A DNA stretch of 64,000 nucleotides from an uncultured cyanobacterium. Lineage in GTDB: Bacteria; Cyanobacteriota; Cyanobacteriia; Cyanobacteriales; Nostocaceae. Numbering within the stretch: the stretch's first letter is position 1; every line of letters starts with the position of its first letter. The notes under the pieces are model-generated. The model saw nothing but the letters and a program-made list of their open reading frames with translations, did not search any database and had not been told where the DNA came from. Below, one piece after another: positions 30,252 through 42,168 of this stretch. Where the stretch lies: positions 3,328,001 to 3,392,000 of the forward strand of contig OY970166.1 in assembly GCA_963706595.1 (NCBI GenBank), read 5' to 3'. The position numbers and the translations under genes were made by a program.

Positions 30252-33200
30252 ATGACTAAGGAAAAGGCTGTTTTTCGGAATCGCGTAGTTGACAAGGGTC
30301 AACTGAGAAAGTTAATTTCCTGGGCGTTTACCCATTATGGTACGGCGCGCACTGCTGTAATGGCGGATAAGTTGAAAGAGTTGGGTTTTCGCTATGCTAC
30401 TAAGGCGGGAGTCTCTATTAGTGTAGATGACTTGATGATTCCGCCCACTAAGCGATCGCTCTTAGAAGCAGCAGAAGAAGAAATTCGGGCTACGGAAACT
30501 CGTTACCAACGGGGTGAAATCACTGAGGTGGAGCGTTTCCAAAAGGTAATTGATACTTGGAACGGTACGAGTGAAGCTCTGAAGGATGAGGTGGTGGTTC
30601 ACTTTAAGAAAACTGACCCCCTGAACTCTGTCTACATGATGGCCTTCTCTGGGGCGCGGGGTAATATCTCTCAGGTGCGGCAGTTGGTGGGGATGCGGGG
30701 GCTGATGGCAGATCCGCAAGGGGAAATTATAGATTTACCGATTAAAACCAATTTCCGCGAAGGTCTGACGGTAACGGAATACATTATCTCCTCTTACGGT
30801 GCGCGCAAAGGGTTGGTAGATACTGCATTGCGGACTGCTGACTCTGGTTATCTTACCCGGCGGCTGGTGGATGTTTCCCAAGATGTAATTATTCGGGAAT
30901 TTGACTGCGGCACTACCAGAGGGATTCCGGTACGGGCGATGACCGAAGGGGGCAAAATCTTGATTCCTCTGGCTCAACGCTTGCTGGGACGGGTAGTTGC
31001 TGAGGATGTAGTGCATCCGGTCACTAAGGAAGTGATTGCCGCCCGCAATACACCAATTTCTGATGACTTGGCTATAGAAATTGGGAAAGCTGGGGTGACT
31101 CAAGTGGTGACGCGATCGCCTCTAACTTGTGAAGCCGCCCGTTCGGTGTGTCAACACTGCTACGGCTGGAGTTTGGCACACGCCAAAATGGTAGATTTGG
31201 GCGAAGCGGTGGGGATTATTGCGGCTCAAAGTATCGGTGAACCTGGAACACAGTTGACCATGCGGACATTCCACACCGGGGGTGTGTTTACCGGGGAAGT
31301 GGCGCAGCAAGTCCGTTCTAAAACCGAAGGTACTATCCGTCTACCCCGGAAATTGAGAACTAGAACCTATCGCACCCGCCACGGGGAAGATGCTCTGTAT
31401 GTTGAAGCCAATGGCATCATCAACTTGGAACCGAAAAAAGACGGTTCTGGGGACAAGGAACATCAAGAAATTCATGTGACTCAAGGTTCGACTCTCTATG
31501 TCCATGAAGGACAACAGGTAAAAATCGGTCAGTTGCTGGCTGAGGTGGCACTGGGTGGACGCACAACTCGGACGAATACTGAAAAAGCAGTCAAAGATGT
31601 AGCTTCTAACTTAGCCGGAGAGGTGCAGTTTGCTGATGTGGTTCCCGAACAAAAAACCGACCGTCAGGGAAACACCACCACCACAGCCGCACGGGGGGGT
31701 TTGATTTGGGTGCTGTCTGGAGAAGTTTATAACTTGCCTCCTGGGGCAGAATTGATTGTCAAAAATGGCGATCAAGTTGCCGAAAATGGAGTTTTGGCAG
31801 AAACCAAGTTAACTACGGTGCATGGTGGTGTAGTGCGTTTGCCAGAAGCGATCGCAGGTAAGAGTACCAGAGAAATTGAAATTATCACGGCTTCGGTAGT
31901 CTTAGACCAAGCCACGGTGACTGTGGAAAGTTCTCAAGGGCGCAACCACTATTTAATCACCACTGGTAATAACCAAGTGTTTAACCTCCGGGCTACCCCA
32001 GGCACAAAGGTGCAGAATGGTCAGGTTGTGGCTGAGTTGATTGATGAGCGCTACCGCACCAACACCGGGGGCTTCTTGAAGTTTGGCGGTGTGGAAGTTC
32101 AGAAAAAAGGCAAAGCCAAGCTGGGTTATGAAGTGGTCCAGGGGGGAACTTTGCTGTGGATTCCCGAAGAAACCCACGAAGTGAATAAAGATATCTCCTT
32201 GCTGTTGGTGGAAGATGGGCAGTTTGTGGAAGCCGGCACGGAAGTTGTCAAGGATATCTTCTGCCAAAACAGTGGTGTGATTGAAGTTACCCAGAAAAAC
32301 GACATCCTTCGGGAAGTAGTGGTGAAGCCTGGGGAACTGTTGATGGTGGATGATCCAGAAGCAGTCATGGGCAGAGATAACACCTTTGTCCAACCTGGGG
32401 AAGAATTCCAAGGAACTGTGGTGACGGAGTTACGCTACATCCAATATATTGAATCGACTGAAGGTCCGGCATTGTTGAGCCGTCCGGTGGTGGAGTTTGC
32501 TGTACCCAATAACCCAGATGTGCCTTCGACTACATCTATTAGTCAACAAACGGGACGTTCAATTCAAATGCGGGCTGTGCAACGTCTGCCTTATAAGGAT
32601 TCCGAACGGGTGAAGTCTGTTGAAGGTGTGGAATTACTGCGGACTCAGCTAGTGCTGGAAATTGAACAGGATGGGGAACAAGACCATTCTGCTTCTCCTT
32701 TGGCTGCGGATATTGAACTGGTGGAGGATACGGAAAATCCCGAAGTTCAACGCTTGCAACTGGTGATTTTGGAATCTTTGGTAATTCGCCGAGATATTAC
32801 CGCCGATGCCACCCAAGGCAGCACTCAGACGAGTTTGCAGGTGGAGGATGGAGACAGCATTGCCCCTGGTTCTGTGGTTGCCAGTACCCAAATTTTGGGT
32901 AAAGAGGGGGGTATAGTGCGGGGTGTGCGAGCCGGTACGGAAGCGGTGCGTCGTTGTTTGGTGTTGCGTGATAGCGACAAAATCACTATGACTACTAGCG
33001 CCCAACCCAAGGTGAAGAAGGGTGATTTGTTGGTAGAAGGGGCAGAAATTGCTCCGGGGGTGTTCGCTGAGGATTCTGGGCAAGTATTGGAAGTAGTAGA
33101 TAATACTGCTGCATCTGCTACTGGGGAATCGGCGCTGACTGCCCAACAGTATGCCATCAATATCCGTGTTGGTCGTCCCTATCGAGTCAGCCCTGGGGCT

Positions 33201-34322
33201 GTGTTGCAGATAGAAGATGGGGATTTGGTGCAACGGGGCGATAATTTGGTGCTGTTGGTGTTTGAACGGGCGAAAACTGGAGACATTATTCAAGGTTTGC
33301 CTCGGATTGAAGAGTTGCTGGAAGCCCGTAAACCCAAGGAAGCTTGTATTTTAGCCAAGCGCTCTGGTGAACTGAAGGTGGTTTATGCTGAGGGTAGTGA
33401 TGAAGCGATCGCTGCTAAAGTCATAGAACCCAATGGTGTAGTTACAGATTATCCTCTCGGACCTGGACAGAATTTAATGATGCCAGATGGCTCAATGATT
33501 TCCGCCGGTGAACCGTTGAGTGATGGACCATCTAACCCCCATGAGATTTTGGAGGTATTCTTTAGCCTGGGTTCTGAGGATGGGGTTTATGCTTGTGCCA
33601 GTCATGCTTTGCAGAAGGTGCAGACATTTTTGGTGAATGAAGTGCAGATGGTGTATCAGTCCCAGGGGATTGAGATTTCTGACAAGCACATTGAGGTAAT
33701 TGTCCGCCAGATGACCAACAAAGTCAGGATTGATGATGGTGGAGACACTACCATGCTGCCTGGGGAGTTGGTGGAACTGCGCCAAGTGGAACAGGTGAAT
33801 GAAGCCATGGCCATTACTGGCGGGGCGCGGGCGCAATATACGCCGGTGCTGTTGGGGATTACTAAGGCATCGTTGAACACCGACAGCTTCATTTCGGCGG
33901 CATCTTTCCAAGAGACTACGCGGGTACTCACCGAAGCAGCGATTGAAGGTAAATCTGACTGGCTGCGAGGACTGAAGGAAAACGTGATTATCGGGCGTTT
34001 GATTCCGGCTGGTACTGGTTACAATACCTATGAGGAACCAGGGGCGATTGATGAATATGCGATCGCTGATACCAATGCGGTGTTGGATGAAATTGATGAT
34101 CCTCTGGATATGGTGCTAGATGACCGCACAGCGCGTACCTACAACTTAGAATCTGCTGGGTTGGCGGAAACTGGATTTGGCAAACGACGTGCCGAAAGAC
34201 CTATTTTGGATGAAGAAGATGAGTTGATTGCTGATGAAGTGAGCGACTTGGTAGAAGAAGAAGATGATGATGAGGATGATTACGAAGAAGTAGATGACGA
34301 TGAAGATGATTACGATAGCTAG
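30252..34322 (+). CDS. rpoC2: RNA polymerase beta' subunit (cyanobacterial)
   Basis: [23 protein letters not shown] and [19 protein letters not shown] motifs; large SI3 insertion. Confidence 0.99.
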   Translation: MTKEKAVFRNRVVDKGQLRKLISWAFTHYGTARTAVMADKLKELGFRYATKAGVSISVDDLMIPPTKRSLLEAAEEEIRATETRYQRGEITEVERFQKVIDTWNGTSEALKDEVVVHFKKTDPLNSVYMMAFSGARGNISQVRQLVGMRGLMADPQGEIIDLPIKTNFREGLTVTEYIISSYGARKGLVDTALRTADSGYLTRRLVDVSQDVIIREFDCGTTRGIPVRAMTEGGKILIPLAQRLLGRVVAEDVVHPVTKEVIAARNTPISDDLAIEIGKAGVTQVVTRSPLTCEAARSVCQHCYGWSLAHAKMVDLGEAVGIIAAQSIGEPGTQLTMRTFHTGGVFTGEVAQQVRSKTEGTIRLPRKLRTRTYRTRHGEDALYVEANGIINLEPKKDGSGDKEHQEIHVTQGSTLYVHEGQQVKIGQLLAEVALGGRTTRTNTEKAVKDVASNLAGEVQFADVVPEQKTDRQGNTTTTAARGGLIWVLSGEVYNLPPGAELIVKNGDQVAENGVLAETKLTTVHGGVVRLPEAIAGKSTREIEIITASVVLDQATVTVESSQGRNHYLITTGNNQVFNLRATPGTKVQNGQVVAELIDERYRTNTGGFLKFGGVEVQKKGKAKLGYEVVQGGTLLWIPEETHEVNKDISLLLVEDGQFVEAGTEVVKDIFCQNSGVIEVTQKNDILREVVVKPGELLMVDDPEAVMGRDNTFVQPGEEFQGTVVTELRYIQYIESTEGPALLSRPVVEFAVPNNPDVPSTTSISQQTGRSIQMRAVQRLPYKDSERVKSVEGVELLRTQLVLEIEQDGEQDHSASPLAADIELVEDTENPEVQRLQLVILESLVIRRDITADATQGSTQTSLQVEDGDSIAPGSVVASTQILGKEGGIVRGVRAGTEAVRRCLVLRDSDKITMTTSAQPKVKKGDLLVEGAEIAPGVFAEDSGQVLEVVDNTAASATGESALTAQQYAINIRVGRPYRVSPGAVLQIEDGDLVQRGDNLVLLVFERAKTGDIIQGLPRIEELLEARKPKEACILAKRSGELKVVYAEGSDEAIAAKVIEPNGVVTDYPLGPGQNLMMPDGSMISAGEPLSDGPSNPHEILEVFFSLGSEDGVYACASHALQKVQTFLVNEVQMVYQSQGIEISDKHIEVIVRQMTNKVRIDDGGDTTMLPGELVELRQVEQVNEAMAITGGARAQYTPVLLGITKASLNTDSFISAASFQETTRVLTEAAIEGKSDWLRGLKENVIIGRLIPAGTGYNTYEEPGAIDEYAIADTNAVLDEIDDPLDMVLDDRTARTYNLESAGLAETGFGKRRAERPILDEEDELIADEVSDLVEEEDDDEDDYEEVDDDEDDYDS

Positions 34323-34362
34323 TGTGGCGTAGCCATAGATTAAAGCTAAAACTTCAACAGAT

Positions 34363-34396
34363 AAAAGGCAAAAGAAGTCATTCTTTTGCCTTTTTA
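34363..34396 (+). terminator. Probable intrinsic terminator after rpoC2
   Basis: AAAAGGCAAAAGAA-gtca-TTCTTTTGCCTTTT hairpin followed by T-rich sequence. Confidence 0.6.
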
Positions 34397-34611
34397 CTTT
34401 TGACTTGTTTCGGAAAATCTGCTCCAATCCAGTTCAGTTAAGCAATTCTTTCCTTCTCTTTCTTTTCTTGATCAGTCTTCTGCACCTTTGTGGTATACAC
34501 TGCACGAATGTTAAAAAAAATGACTTTAACCAAGAGTTTGGTTCCTTAACTGAACCGTATTGTGTAAAATGCTGGAATTCTATCTGCAAAAATAAACTCC
34601 CTATACACAAA

Positions 34612-34935
34612 ATGCCTTTTAAAATTATTCAAAACTTTGATACCAGTTTCACTCTACAAGCACAAGCACAAGAAACTTTATTCCAATTGTTGCAAAGTGA
34701 ATCTTTTTTACAACAAATTTGCCAACAGTCCAAATTTGAAAAAGTTGAATTTACAGAACTACTTTTTCAGCCAGTTCCTTACAGCTTATCTACTCCTAAA
34801 GGAATGCCAGCAGAATTGGAAAAATATAATGAGTCTGACGAGTATGTAATTATCAACGTACCGCCAAATTTTATGTTCACCGCCAAGATTTTCCAACCCA
34901 GTCGCCTTTGTGCAATTTATCAAAAAATTGGTTGA
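34612..34935 (+). CDS. Hypothetical protein (about 107 aa)
   Basis: Open frame from ATG 34612 with protein-like composition. Confidence 0.55.
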   Translation: MPFKIIQNFDTSFTLQAQAQETLFQLLQSESFLQQICQQSKFEKVEFTELLFQPVPYSLSTPKGMPAELEKYNESDEYVIINVPPNFMFTAKIFQPSRLCAIYQKIG

Positions 34936-34979
34936 TGATCTCGCAATTATCAAGGCATAGCAAGTTTTAGGTTTTATAT

Positions 34980-35525
34980 ATGACTAATGAAATAAATATT
35001 CCGGCTTTAGCAAATTTGGAGTATTTTCCTTACATTGACGAGCATGGGCAATTACCTGAAATTTATCAGGGAAAAATAGGAGTTTATGCCATCTTTAACC
35101 AAGAGCAGGTGCTGCAATTTGTAGGGTATTCCCGCGATGTTTACCTGAGTCTAAAGCAGCATTTAGTCCGTCAGCCTCAAGAATGTTATTGGGTGAAAGT
35201 TCAAACTATCTCCCGCCCTAGCCGCACAATTTTAGAAAATATTGAAAATGCTTGGATTGCTGAAAATGGTAGTGTTCCTTTAGGAAATGCAGATAATCAG
35301 GAAATCTGGACACAGCCGATAAATGTTAAACCGTTAATGACTTCTGAAGAACAAGAGAAATATCACCATCCAGCTAATGATGAATTGGCAGAAATCAAAA
35401 TCATTAAAAATGTGGCTAGGCGAGTAGAAGCAGAAATTTTATTGGTGTTGAAGGAACGGGGTTTGCAGGAACAATTTCGTTTTAGTCCTAAGTTGAAGGA
35501 GGAGGGGTTGTTGGATTTGAAGTGA
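34980..35525 (+). CDS. GIY-YIG nuclease-family protein
   Basis: GVYAIF..LQFVGYSRD..L.QH motif. Confidence 0.8.
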   Translation: MTNEINIPALANLEYFPYIDEHGQLPEIYQGKIGVYAIFNQEQVLQFVGYSRDVYLSLKQHLVRQPQECYWVKVQTISRPSRTILENIENAWIAENGSVPLGNADNQEIWTQPINVKPLMTSEEQEKYHHPANDELAEIKIIKNVARRVEAEILLVLKERGLQEQFRFSPKLKEEGLLDLK

Positions 35526-35609
35526 ATTGAGGTGGGGAGTTTAAACGCAAAGGGGCGCGGAGTGAAGCGCAAAGGTACGCAGAGGTTTGATGTGGGTGAA
35601 GGACCATTT

Positions 35610-37013
35610 ATGCAAATACTGCTAAACAACCGTTATCAAGTAATTCGGACTTTGGGAAGTGGTGGATTTGGGGAAACTTTTCTGGCGGAGGATACTCAAA
35701 TGCCTTCTAGCCGTTCTTGTGTGATTAAACAGCTCAGACCAATTCAGAATAATCCCCAAATTTATCAGTTGGTACAGGAACGGTTTCAACGAGAAGCGGC
35801 AATTTTAGAAGAGTTGGGTGGATGTATTGACCAAATACCGACGCTATATGCTTACTTTCAGTCGCAGGGGCAATTTTATTTAGTTCAAGAGTGGGTTTCA
35901 GGTGATACTTTAACGGCAAAACTGCAAAAGCAGGGGTTGTTTAGTGAAACTGCTGTGGGGGAAATTTTACTGGATTTGTTACCAGTGCTGGAGTATGTTC
36001 ATTCGCAGCGTATTATTCACCGTGATATCAAGCCGGATAACATTATGCTGCGTCATCGTGACGGTAAATCGGTGTTAATTGATTTCGGTGCGGTGCGGGA
36101 ATCAATGGGAACGGTGGTTAATTCTCAAGGTCTTCCTACCAGTTCGATTGTGATTGGTACGCCGGGATATATGCCGAGTGAGCAAGCAGCCGGCAGACCA
36201 GTTTATTCTAGTGATTTATATAGTTTGGGATTGACAGCGATTTATTTACTGACGGGGAAACAACCACAACAGTTAGAGTCAGATTCTCAGACAGGTGAAA
36301 TTGTCTGGCGACACTATGCTAGCCACATTAATCATACATTAGCAGGGGTGATAGACCGAGCGATCGCCTATCACCCACGAGATCGCTTTCCCACTGCCAG
36401 AGCTATGTTAGATGCATTACATCCCGTAGCAAATCCGATTCCACCGACACAACCGATTTTTGCACCACCACCAACTGTTCCTGTTAATCAGCAGACTGTA
36501 ACTCAAAGCAATAATCACCGTAGTATCCTCATGGGTGGTGTGATTGCAGGTGGGTTAATCGGTGCATCTGTAATTCTTAGTCAGGTATTGAAACCTTCCC
36601 CTCAACCTGTAGTTAACCAAGAAGTCACACCCACAGTTACAGAAACTCCTGTTGTCTCTTCATCTCCAGTCATCCAGAAAAATATTACATCTCCAGTCAT
36701 CCCACAAACTATATTGCCATCTACTACAACAAACAGTTATTTGTGGCTGTCGGAAAGAGCCGTAATTGATGCTGATTTGGAGGAAAAAGACGGTTTGGAG
36801 CTAGATATTATGCGAAATTCAATTTATGCTCGTCACGGTCGTCGCTTTGATACTCCTGGATTACAACAATATTTTAATAATCAAACTTGGTATAATCCGG
36901 TATACTCACCAAAAGCATTTCCTCCTAAATTACTGTCAAATTTAGAGCAGCGTAATGCTGAATATATTAGTAAATTTCAAGACCGTTATCAAAGAAGACA
37001 TTTTCCGAAATAA
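35610..37013 (+). CDS. Ser/Thr protein kinase with TM segment and C-terminal YARHG domain
   Basis: GSGGFG, HRDIKPDN, DFG and GTPGYM motifs; MRNSIYARHGRRF. Confidence 0.92.
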   Translation: MQILLNNRYQVIRTLGSGGFGETFLAEDTQMPSSRSCVIKQLRPIQNNPQIYQLVQERFQREAAILEELGGCIDQIPTLYAYFQSQGQFYLVQEWVSGDTLTAKLQKQGLFSETAVGEILLDLLPVLEYVHSQRIIHRDIKPDNIMLRHRDGKSVLIDFGAVRESMGTVVNSQGLPTSSIVIGTPGYMPSEQAAGRPVYSSDLYSLGLTAIYLLTGKQPQQLESDSQTGEIVWRHYASHINHTLAGVIDRAIAYHPRDRFPTARAMLDALHPVANPIPPTQPIFAPPPTVPVNQQTVTQSNNHRSILMGGVIAGGLIGASVILSQVLKPSPQPVVNQEVTPTVTETPVVSSSPVIQKNITSPVIPQTILPSTTTNSYLWLSERAVIDADLEEKDGLELDIMRNSIYARHGRRFDTPGLQQYFNNQTWYNPVYSPKAFPPKLLSNLEQRNAEYISKFQDRYQRRHFPK

Positions 37014-37090
37014 TTAGGAGTTTAAACGCAAAGGGGCGCGGAGTGAAGCGCAAAGGTACGCAGAGGTTTGATGTGGGTGAAGGACCATTT

Positions 37091-38662
37091 ATGCAAATAC
37101 TGCTAAACAACCGTTATCAAGTAATTCGGACTTTGGGAAGTGGTGGATTTGGGGAAACTTTTCTGGCGGAGGATACTCAAATGCCTTCTAGCCGTTCTTG
37201 TGTAATTAAACAGCTTAGGCCAATTCAGAATAATCCCCAAATTTATCAGTTGGTACAGGAACGGTTTCAACGAGAAGCGGCAATTTTAGAAGAGTTGGGT
37301 GGATGTATTGACCAAATACCGACGCTGTATGCTTACTTTCAGTCGGAGGGGCAATTTTATTTAGTTCAAGAGTGGGTTTCAGGTGATACTTTAACGGCAA
37401 AACTGCAAAAGCAGGGGTTGTTTAGTGAAACTGCTGTGGGGGAAATTTTACTGGATTTGTTACCAGTGCTGGAGTATGTCCATTCGCAGCGTATTATTCA
37501 CCGTGATATCAAGCCGGATAACATTATGCTGCGTCATCGTGACGGTAAATCGGTGTTAATTGATTTCGGTGCGGTGCGGGAATCAATGGGAACGGTGGTT
37601 AATTCCCAAGGTCTTCCTACCAGTTCGATTGTGATTGGTACGCCGGGATATATGCCGAGTGAGCAAGCAGCCGGCAGACCAGTTTATTCTAGTGATTTAT
37701 ATAGTTTGGGATTGACAGCGATTTATTTACTGACTGGAAAACAACCACAACAGTTAGAGTCAGATTCTCAGACAGGTGAAATTGTCTGGCGACAGTATGC
37801 TAGCCACATTAATCATACATTAGCAGGGGTGATAGACCGAGCGATCGCCTATCATCCACGCGATCGCTTTCCCACTGCCAGAGCGATGTTAGAGGCATTA
37901 CAATTAGGGTCAACAAGTTTCCCTTCTACAGTCGCTTATCAACATCCAGTAGTAGCCACAGCACCGCCTCAAATCCCATCTCAACACACAGTTGCGGTTA
38001 GCCCAGGAGCGACTATTTCCCAGCCTCCTGAGCCAGCTAGGGGAAAAAAAGGAATTTTTCTCGGCAGTTTAATTGTCGGTGGTTTAATAGGCGCTTCTAT
38101 CATTATTGGTTTTGCCCTTAATAGACCTCCGCAACCAGTTACCCAATTAACGGACTCATTTAAAGAACCTGCGCCCAATCGAAATGAAGTGCCGAATATT
38201 ACAGAACCTGCACCAAATCCTATTGAACCACCAGAAGTTATACCACCTGTAAATTCTCTACCTCCTGCAAGAGTTATTTCTCAACCCCCATCTTCTCCAC
38301 CTCCTGCGGTAACACAGCCAGAAATTAATCGACCAACTCCTACCGAAGCTGTACAAAATTATTATGTCAATATTAATCAGGGTGAATATGAAAATGCGTG
38401 GAATCAACTAGCTCCCAGTCTACAAAGTAATCAACGTCTTCATCCCGATGGTTATCTTTCTTACATCGACTGGTGGGGAGGAAAGGTTGAAAGCGTCAAT
38501 GTTGAACAAGTTAGTTTGTTAGAAGCCAGTACAGAAACAGCCACCGTCAATGCTAAGTTTAAATACTTGATGAAAAATGGTAGACAAGTTCCTGGTGCTG
38601 TGAGCTTTTCCCTTTTATGGGATGCTGAAAATAGCCGATGGGTCGTTAGTCAAGTTAAATAG
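37091..38662 (+). CDS. Ser/Thr protein kinase with TM, Pro-rich linker and a different C-terminal domain
   Basis: Kinase domain near-identical to the previous gene; C-terminal 'AVQNYY..IN.G.Y..AW..L' domain. Confidence 0.92.
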   Translation: MQILLNNRYQVIRTLGSGGFGETFLAEDTQMPSSRSCVIKQLRPIQNNPQIYQLVQERFQREAAILEELGGCIDQIPTLYAYFQSEGQFYLVQEWVSGDTLTAKLQKQGLFSETAVGEILLDLLPVLEYVHSQRIIHRDIKPDNIMLRHRDGKSVLIDFGAVRESMGTVVNSQGLPTSSIVIGTPGYMPSEQAAGRPVYSSDLYSLGLTAIYLLTGKQPQQLESDSQTGEIVWRQYASHINHTLAGVIDRAIAYHPRDRFPTARAMLEALQLGSTSFPSTVAYQHPVVATAPPQIPSQHTVAVSPGATISQPPEPARGKKGIFLGSLIVGGLIGASIIIGFALNRPPQPVTQLTDSFKEPAPNRNEVPNITEPAPNPIEPPEVIPPVNSLPPARVISQPPSSPPPAVTQPEINRPTPTEAVQNYYVNINQGEYENAWNQLAPSLQSNQRLHPDGYLSYIDWWGGKVESVNVEQVSLLEASTETATVNAKFKYLMKNGRQVPGAVSFSLLWDAENSRWVVSQVK

Positions 38663-38798
38663 TTCTGCCACAACGGAAAAATTTGGATTTATCGGCGGTT
38701 AATTATGATGATTTGAACCATATTGGGATATAACCTGTCTGAAACTCGTCTCTTGTATCTGATGTACATTTGGAAAAGGCGATCGCTTGTAAATTTTC

Positions 38799-40604
38799 AT
38801 GACAATAACGCTGCTGAACAATCGCTATCAAGTAATTAAAGTACTCGGCGCAGGTGGATTTGGGGAAACCTTTCTGGCCGAAGACACACATATCCCTTCG
38901 CGCCGGCGCTGTGTCATCAAGCAACTTAGACCGATAGCCAATGACCCAAAAACCTACCAAATGATTCAACAGCGCTTTGAGAGGGAAGCTGCAACTTTGG
39001 AGTATCTGGGTGACAGTTGTAACCAAATTCCTAAGTTATTTGCCTACTTTTCGGAGAATGAACTGTTTTTCTTGGTTCAAGAATGGATTGAAGGGCCAAC
39101 TTTGACAAATATTGTCGAGGAAAAAGGCTATGAGAAGGAAACTACTGTTCGAGAAATTCTTTTAAGTCTGTTATCAGTTTTAGATTATGTCCACAGTAAA
39201 GGTATTATTCACCGGGATATCAAACCCGATAACATTATTCTGCGCGCGACAGATAATAAGCCATTTTTGATTGATTTTGGTGCAGTCAAGGAAACTATAC
39301 GTTCAGTGGTTAGTCCCTCCAATCATCCTACGCGATCGCTTGTCATTGGCACACCTGGGTATATGCCCACAGAACAAGCCATCGGACGACCAGTTTACGC
39401 CACTGATATCTATAGTTTAGGCTTGACGGCGATTTATTTACTGACAGGTAAACACCCACCAGAACTACAGACACACCTGCAAACTGGGGAAATTATCTGG
39501 CAAGAATTCGTCCCGGATATCTCGCCACATCTAGCAAAAGTCATTAATCAGGCAATTCAGCCCCATGTGAGCGATCGCTATAGCACTGCCAGTAAAATGC
39601 TATATGCTTTAAAATCCGCCACTGATATATCTCTACAATCTTCTATCACTAACGCCACAGTCAGCCTCAGTCCAGCCAAAGCTGCATCAACTCAGGCCAC
39701 CCAGGCCATAATATCTCCTGCTGCGCCAACTATTTCTCCCAGCAACTGGCAAAAACCCGCTTTAATTATCGGTAGTTTAGTTTTGGGGGGCTTAATTGGT
39801 GGGGTAGCAATTTCTAGCGTCACTCGTCAACCACAGTCTGAAGAATCTATCATTACATCATCTACACCCACACCATCATCCAACTCAAATACTTTAGATC
39901 CCACTTCTTCATCAAAATCCTCACCTGACGAACCTGACGAACTACCAGTAGCTGTACAACCTCGTTCAGAGAGAGAAGTACCTGTACAACCGCAGCCACA
40001 AGTAACGCCCACATTTGTACCAGAACCGGATATCTCCATACCATCACCGCCGCCAGAAGATGCATTAATACCAGAAACGCCACCGCAGCCAGAAACTCCA
40101 GAAACCCCACCACAGCCAGAAACTCCAGAAACGCCACCGCAGCCAGAAACGCCAGAACCACCACCGCAGCGAAATCAAGATGCTGCTCCCAGCAACACCA
40201 GAAGTTCCAATGTGCCGGCATTTACCACTGGAACTTCTCAAGATGCGGTCAAAGCAGCATTAGGTAAGCCCAGCAAAACTTCCAAAGGCTTATGGAATAC
40301 TCGTGCGGTGCTTTATCGGTTAGAAGGTAATGTTGACCTTGGTTACTTATTTGACCAAAAAACCGGAGTCCTGCGCCAAACCGAAGTATCCTTTGCCGAA
40401 TCTATCCCGCCAGAAGTAATGCAAAGAACATTACAGGGAATGCTTGGTGGTAATGCTAATAGTGATATTAAACAAGGACTCCAAAAAGTAAGCGATCGCC
40501 AAACTAGGCGATACTCATTTAATGTCGGCGGATTAAAAGGTGTAATTGAACGCAATCAGCAAGATCGAATTTACATCGGTGTCTGGGACGCTGATTTGCA
40601 TTAA
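38799..40604 (+). CDS. Ser/Thr protein kinase with TM, PETPPQ repeats and C-terminal extracytoplasmic domain
   Basis: GAGGFG, HRDIKPDN and DFG motifs; tandem PETPETPPQ repeats near 40070-40170. Confidence 0.92.
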   Translation: MTITLLNNRYQVIKVLGAGGFGETFLAEDTHIPSRRRCVIKQLRPIANDPKTYQMIQQRFEREAATLEYLGDSCNQIPKLFAYFSENELFFLVQEWIEGPTLTNIVEEKGYEKETTVREILLSLLSVLDYVHSKGIIHRDIKPDNIILRATDNKPFLIDFGAVKETIRSVVSPSNHPTRSLVIGTPGYMPTEQAIGRPVYATDIYSLGLTAIYLLTGKHPPELQTHLQTGEIIWQEFVPDISPHLAKVINQAIQPHVSDRYSTASKMLYALKSATDISLQSSITNATVSLSPAKAASTQATQAIISPAAPTISPSNWQKPALIIGSLVLGGLIGGVAISSVTRQPQSEESIITSSTPTPSSNSNTLDPTSSSKSSPDEPDELPVAVQPRSEREVPVQPQPQVTPTFVPEPDISIPSPPPEDALIPETPPQPETPETPPQPETPETPPQPETPEPPPQRNQDAAPSNTRSSNVPAFTTGTSQDAVKAALGKPSKTSKGLWNTRAVLYRLEGNVDLGYLFDQKTGVLRQTEVSFAESIPPEVMQRTLQGMLGGNANSDIKQGLQKVSDRQTRRYSFNVGGLKGVIERNQQDRIYIGVWDADLH

Positions 40605-40632
40605 AAAAAAAGCCTGCACAAGCAGGCTTTTT
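40603..40632. terminator. Bidirectional intrinsic terminator between the kinase and rplL
   Basis: A-run AGCCTGC-acaa-GCAGGCT T-run. Confidence 0.75.
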
Positions 40633-40671
40633 CTGATAGTCCCTAAACTACAAGTCTATGGGCAATCCTAA

Positions 40672-41061
40672 TTACTTGATAGTTACCTTACCGCCAGCTT
40701 CTTCGATGCGCTTCTTGGCATCTTCAGCCGCGTCCTTAGTAATACCTTCCTTGACTGCTTTAGGCGCAGCTTCCACCATATCTTTGGCTTCTTTGAGACC
40801 TAAACCAGTCAATTCGCGGACAATCTTCAGAACAGCAATCTTCTTGTCAGCTGGAACTGAATCTAGTACCACATCAAACTCAGTTTTTTCTTCAACTGGT
40901 TCAGCAGCAGCAGCAGCACCAGGAGCCATCATCATCATTCCACCAGCAGGTGCAGCAGCACTTACGCCGAAAGCTTCTTCAATTTGCTTAACTAATTCAG
41001 ATGCTTCCAGCAAAGAGAGGGTTTTCAATTGTTCGAGAATTTGATCAGTTGTAGCAGACAT
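40672..41061 (-). CDS. rplL: 50S ribosomal protein L7/L12
   Basis: [22 protein letters not shown]. Confidence 0.97.
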   Translation of the reverse strand: MSATTDQILEQLKTLSLLEASELVKQIEEAFGVSAAAPAGGMMMMAPGAAAAAEPVEEKTEFDVVLDSVPADKKIAVLKIVRELTGLGLKEAKDMVEAAPKAVKEGITKDAAEDAKKRIEEAGGKVTIK

Positions 41062-41159
41062 TGATATAACTCCTGTAATGTAAATTTTGTTGTTGCCTAC
41101 CAAAAGCTGCAATTAACAGTAAACTCCAGCAGGCAGACTTGGTTGTAATTTGGCGAATT

Positions 41160-41738
41160 TTATTCAGCCGCACTTTCGGTACTCGGTTCTGCACTTTCGG
41201 TACTCTCACCTTGTTCTTGCTCTTTCTCAGCCACAGCTTGCAAAGCACGAGCCAAAGAACTGGGAACTTCGTTGATACCAACAGCCACTTTGGTAGCCAA
41301 GGCGTTGATAGCTCCGGCAATTTGCGCCATGAGTTGTTCCTTGGATGGCAAGTCTCCTAGAGCCTTGACATCAGTCTCCTTCAGCAGGCGACCTTCCATA
41401 ACGCCACCACGAAGTTCTGTCTTCTTGGTAACTTTCTGGAACTCTTGATAAGCCTTAATTGCTGAAGAAAAATCTTCTTTAACCAACAAAAAGGCCGAAG
41501 CACCTTGGAGCAATTCCGAAAGTGGTTTCCAGTTCTCGTCACCATCAATGGCAATGCCCATTAAGGTGTTTTTCGTTACCTTACAGACAGCGCCACTCGG
41601 ACGCAGCTTTTGCCGTAAGTCAGTGATTTGAGCAACTGTTAAACCCTGATAATCAATTACCAGTGCCAAAGTTGACTCACTCAGAGTGTTTTTGAGATCA
41701 GCTACAATCTCTTTTTTATTTTCTAGCGTTCTACCCAT
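41160..41738 (-). CDS. rplJ: 50S ribosomal protein L10
   Basis: [26 protein letters not shown] and KVTKNTL. Confidence 0.96.
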   Translation of the reverse strand: MGRTLENKKEIVADLKNTLSESTLALVIDYQGLTVAQITDLRQKLRPSGAVCKVTKNTLMGIAIDGDENWKPLSELLQGASAFLLVKEDFSSAIKAYQEFQKVTKKTELRGGVMEGRLLKETDVKALGDLPSKEQLMAQIAGAINALATKVAVGINEVPSSLARALQAVAEKEQEQGESTESAEPSTESAAE

Positions 41739-41924
41739 GTTTAGTTTTACCTCCAAGGGCAAAATCATTATTTTTCATCAAGTAAAACTTTCAGAACATC
41801 TACTTATGAGACTAAATTCGGTTTTACTTCGGTGCTTTAACTAAATCTGTCGCTGGGTTTTTGTTTATCGGTGTTAATTCGAGAGCCAATAGATTACCTG
41901 AAAGGGTTTTACTATCAGCCAGTA

Positions 41925-42080
41925 AAAACAATTAACCCCAGCTATCCGAGCCGGGGTTTCATAGGAAAACTCATACTACGTTAGTACTCACACCTCAATC
42001 GGTGGCACTTCAGGCAATTAGAGCTTTAACCTCGGCAGGATATTTGAGCTTTTGGCTCCTGCTGTCTCCGGCTTGGCTTA
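41925..42080 (-). promoter_or_regulatory. L10 leader autoregulatory RNA; boundaries approximate
   Basis: CCGGAGACAGCAGG..TATCCTGCCGAGG core in the rplA-rplJ spacer. Confidence 0.7.
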
Positions 42081-42168
42081 TTTAGTTTTGGGGCATGAGT
42101 TCAGTAGGTACTCAGAAAAAAATTGATTACTCAAAGAATATTTTCTAGTCTCTATTCCCTCATCTTCG

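Noticed and set aside
24613..34322. Antisense and alternate-frame ORFs in the rpo genes, and a possible intein in rpoC2
   Set aside because: Shadow ORFs of conserved genes; the large rpoC2 insertion is the normal cyanobacterial SI3
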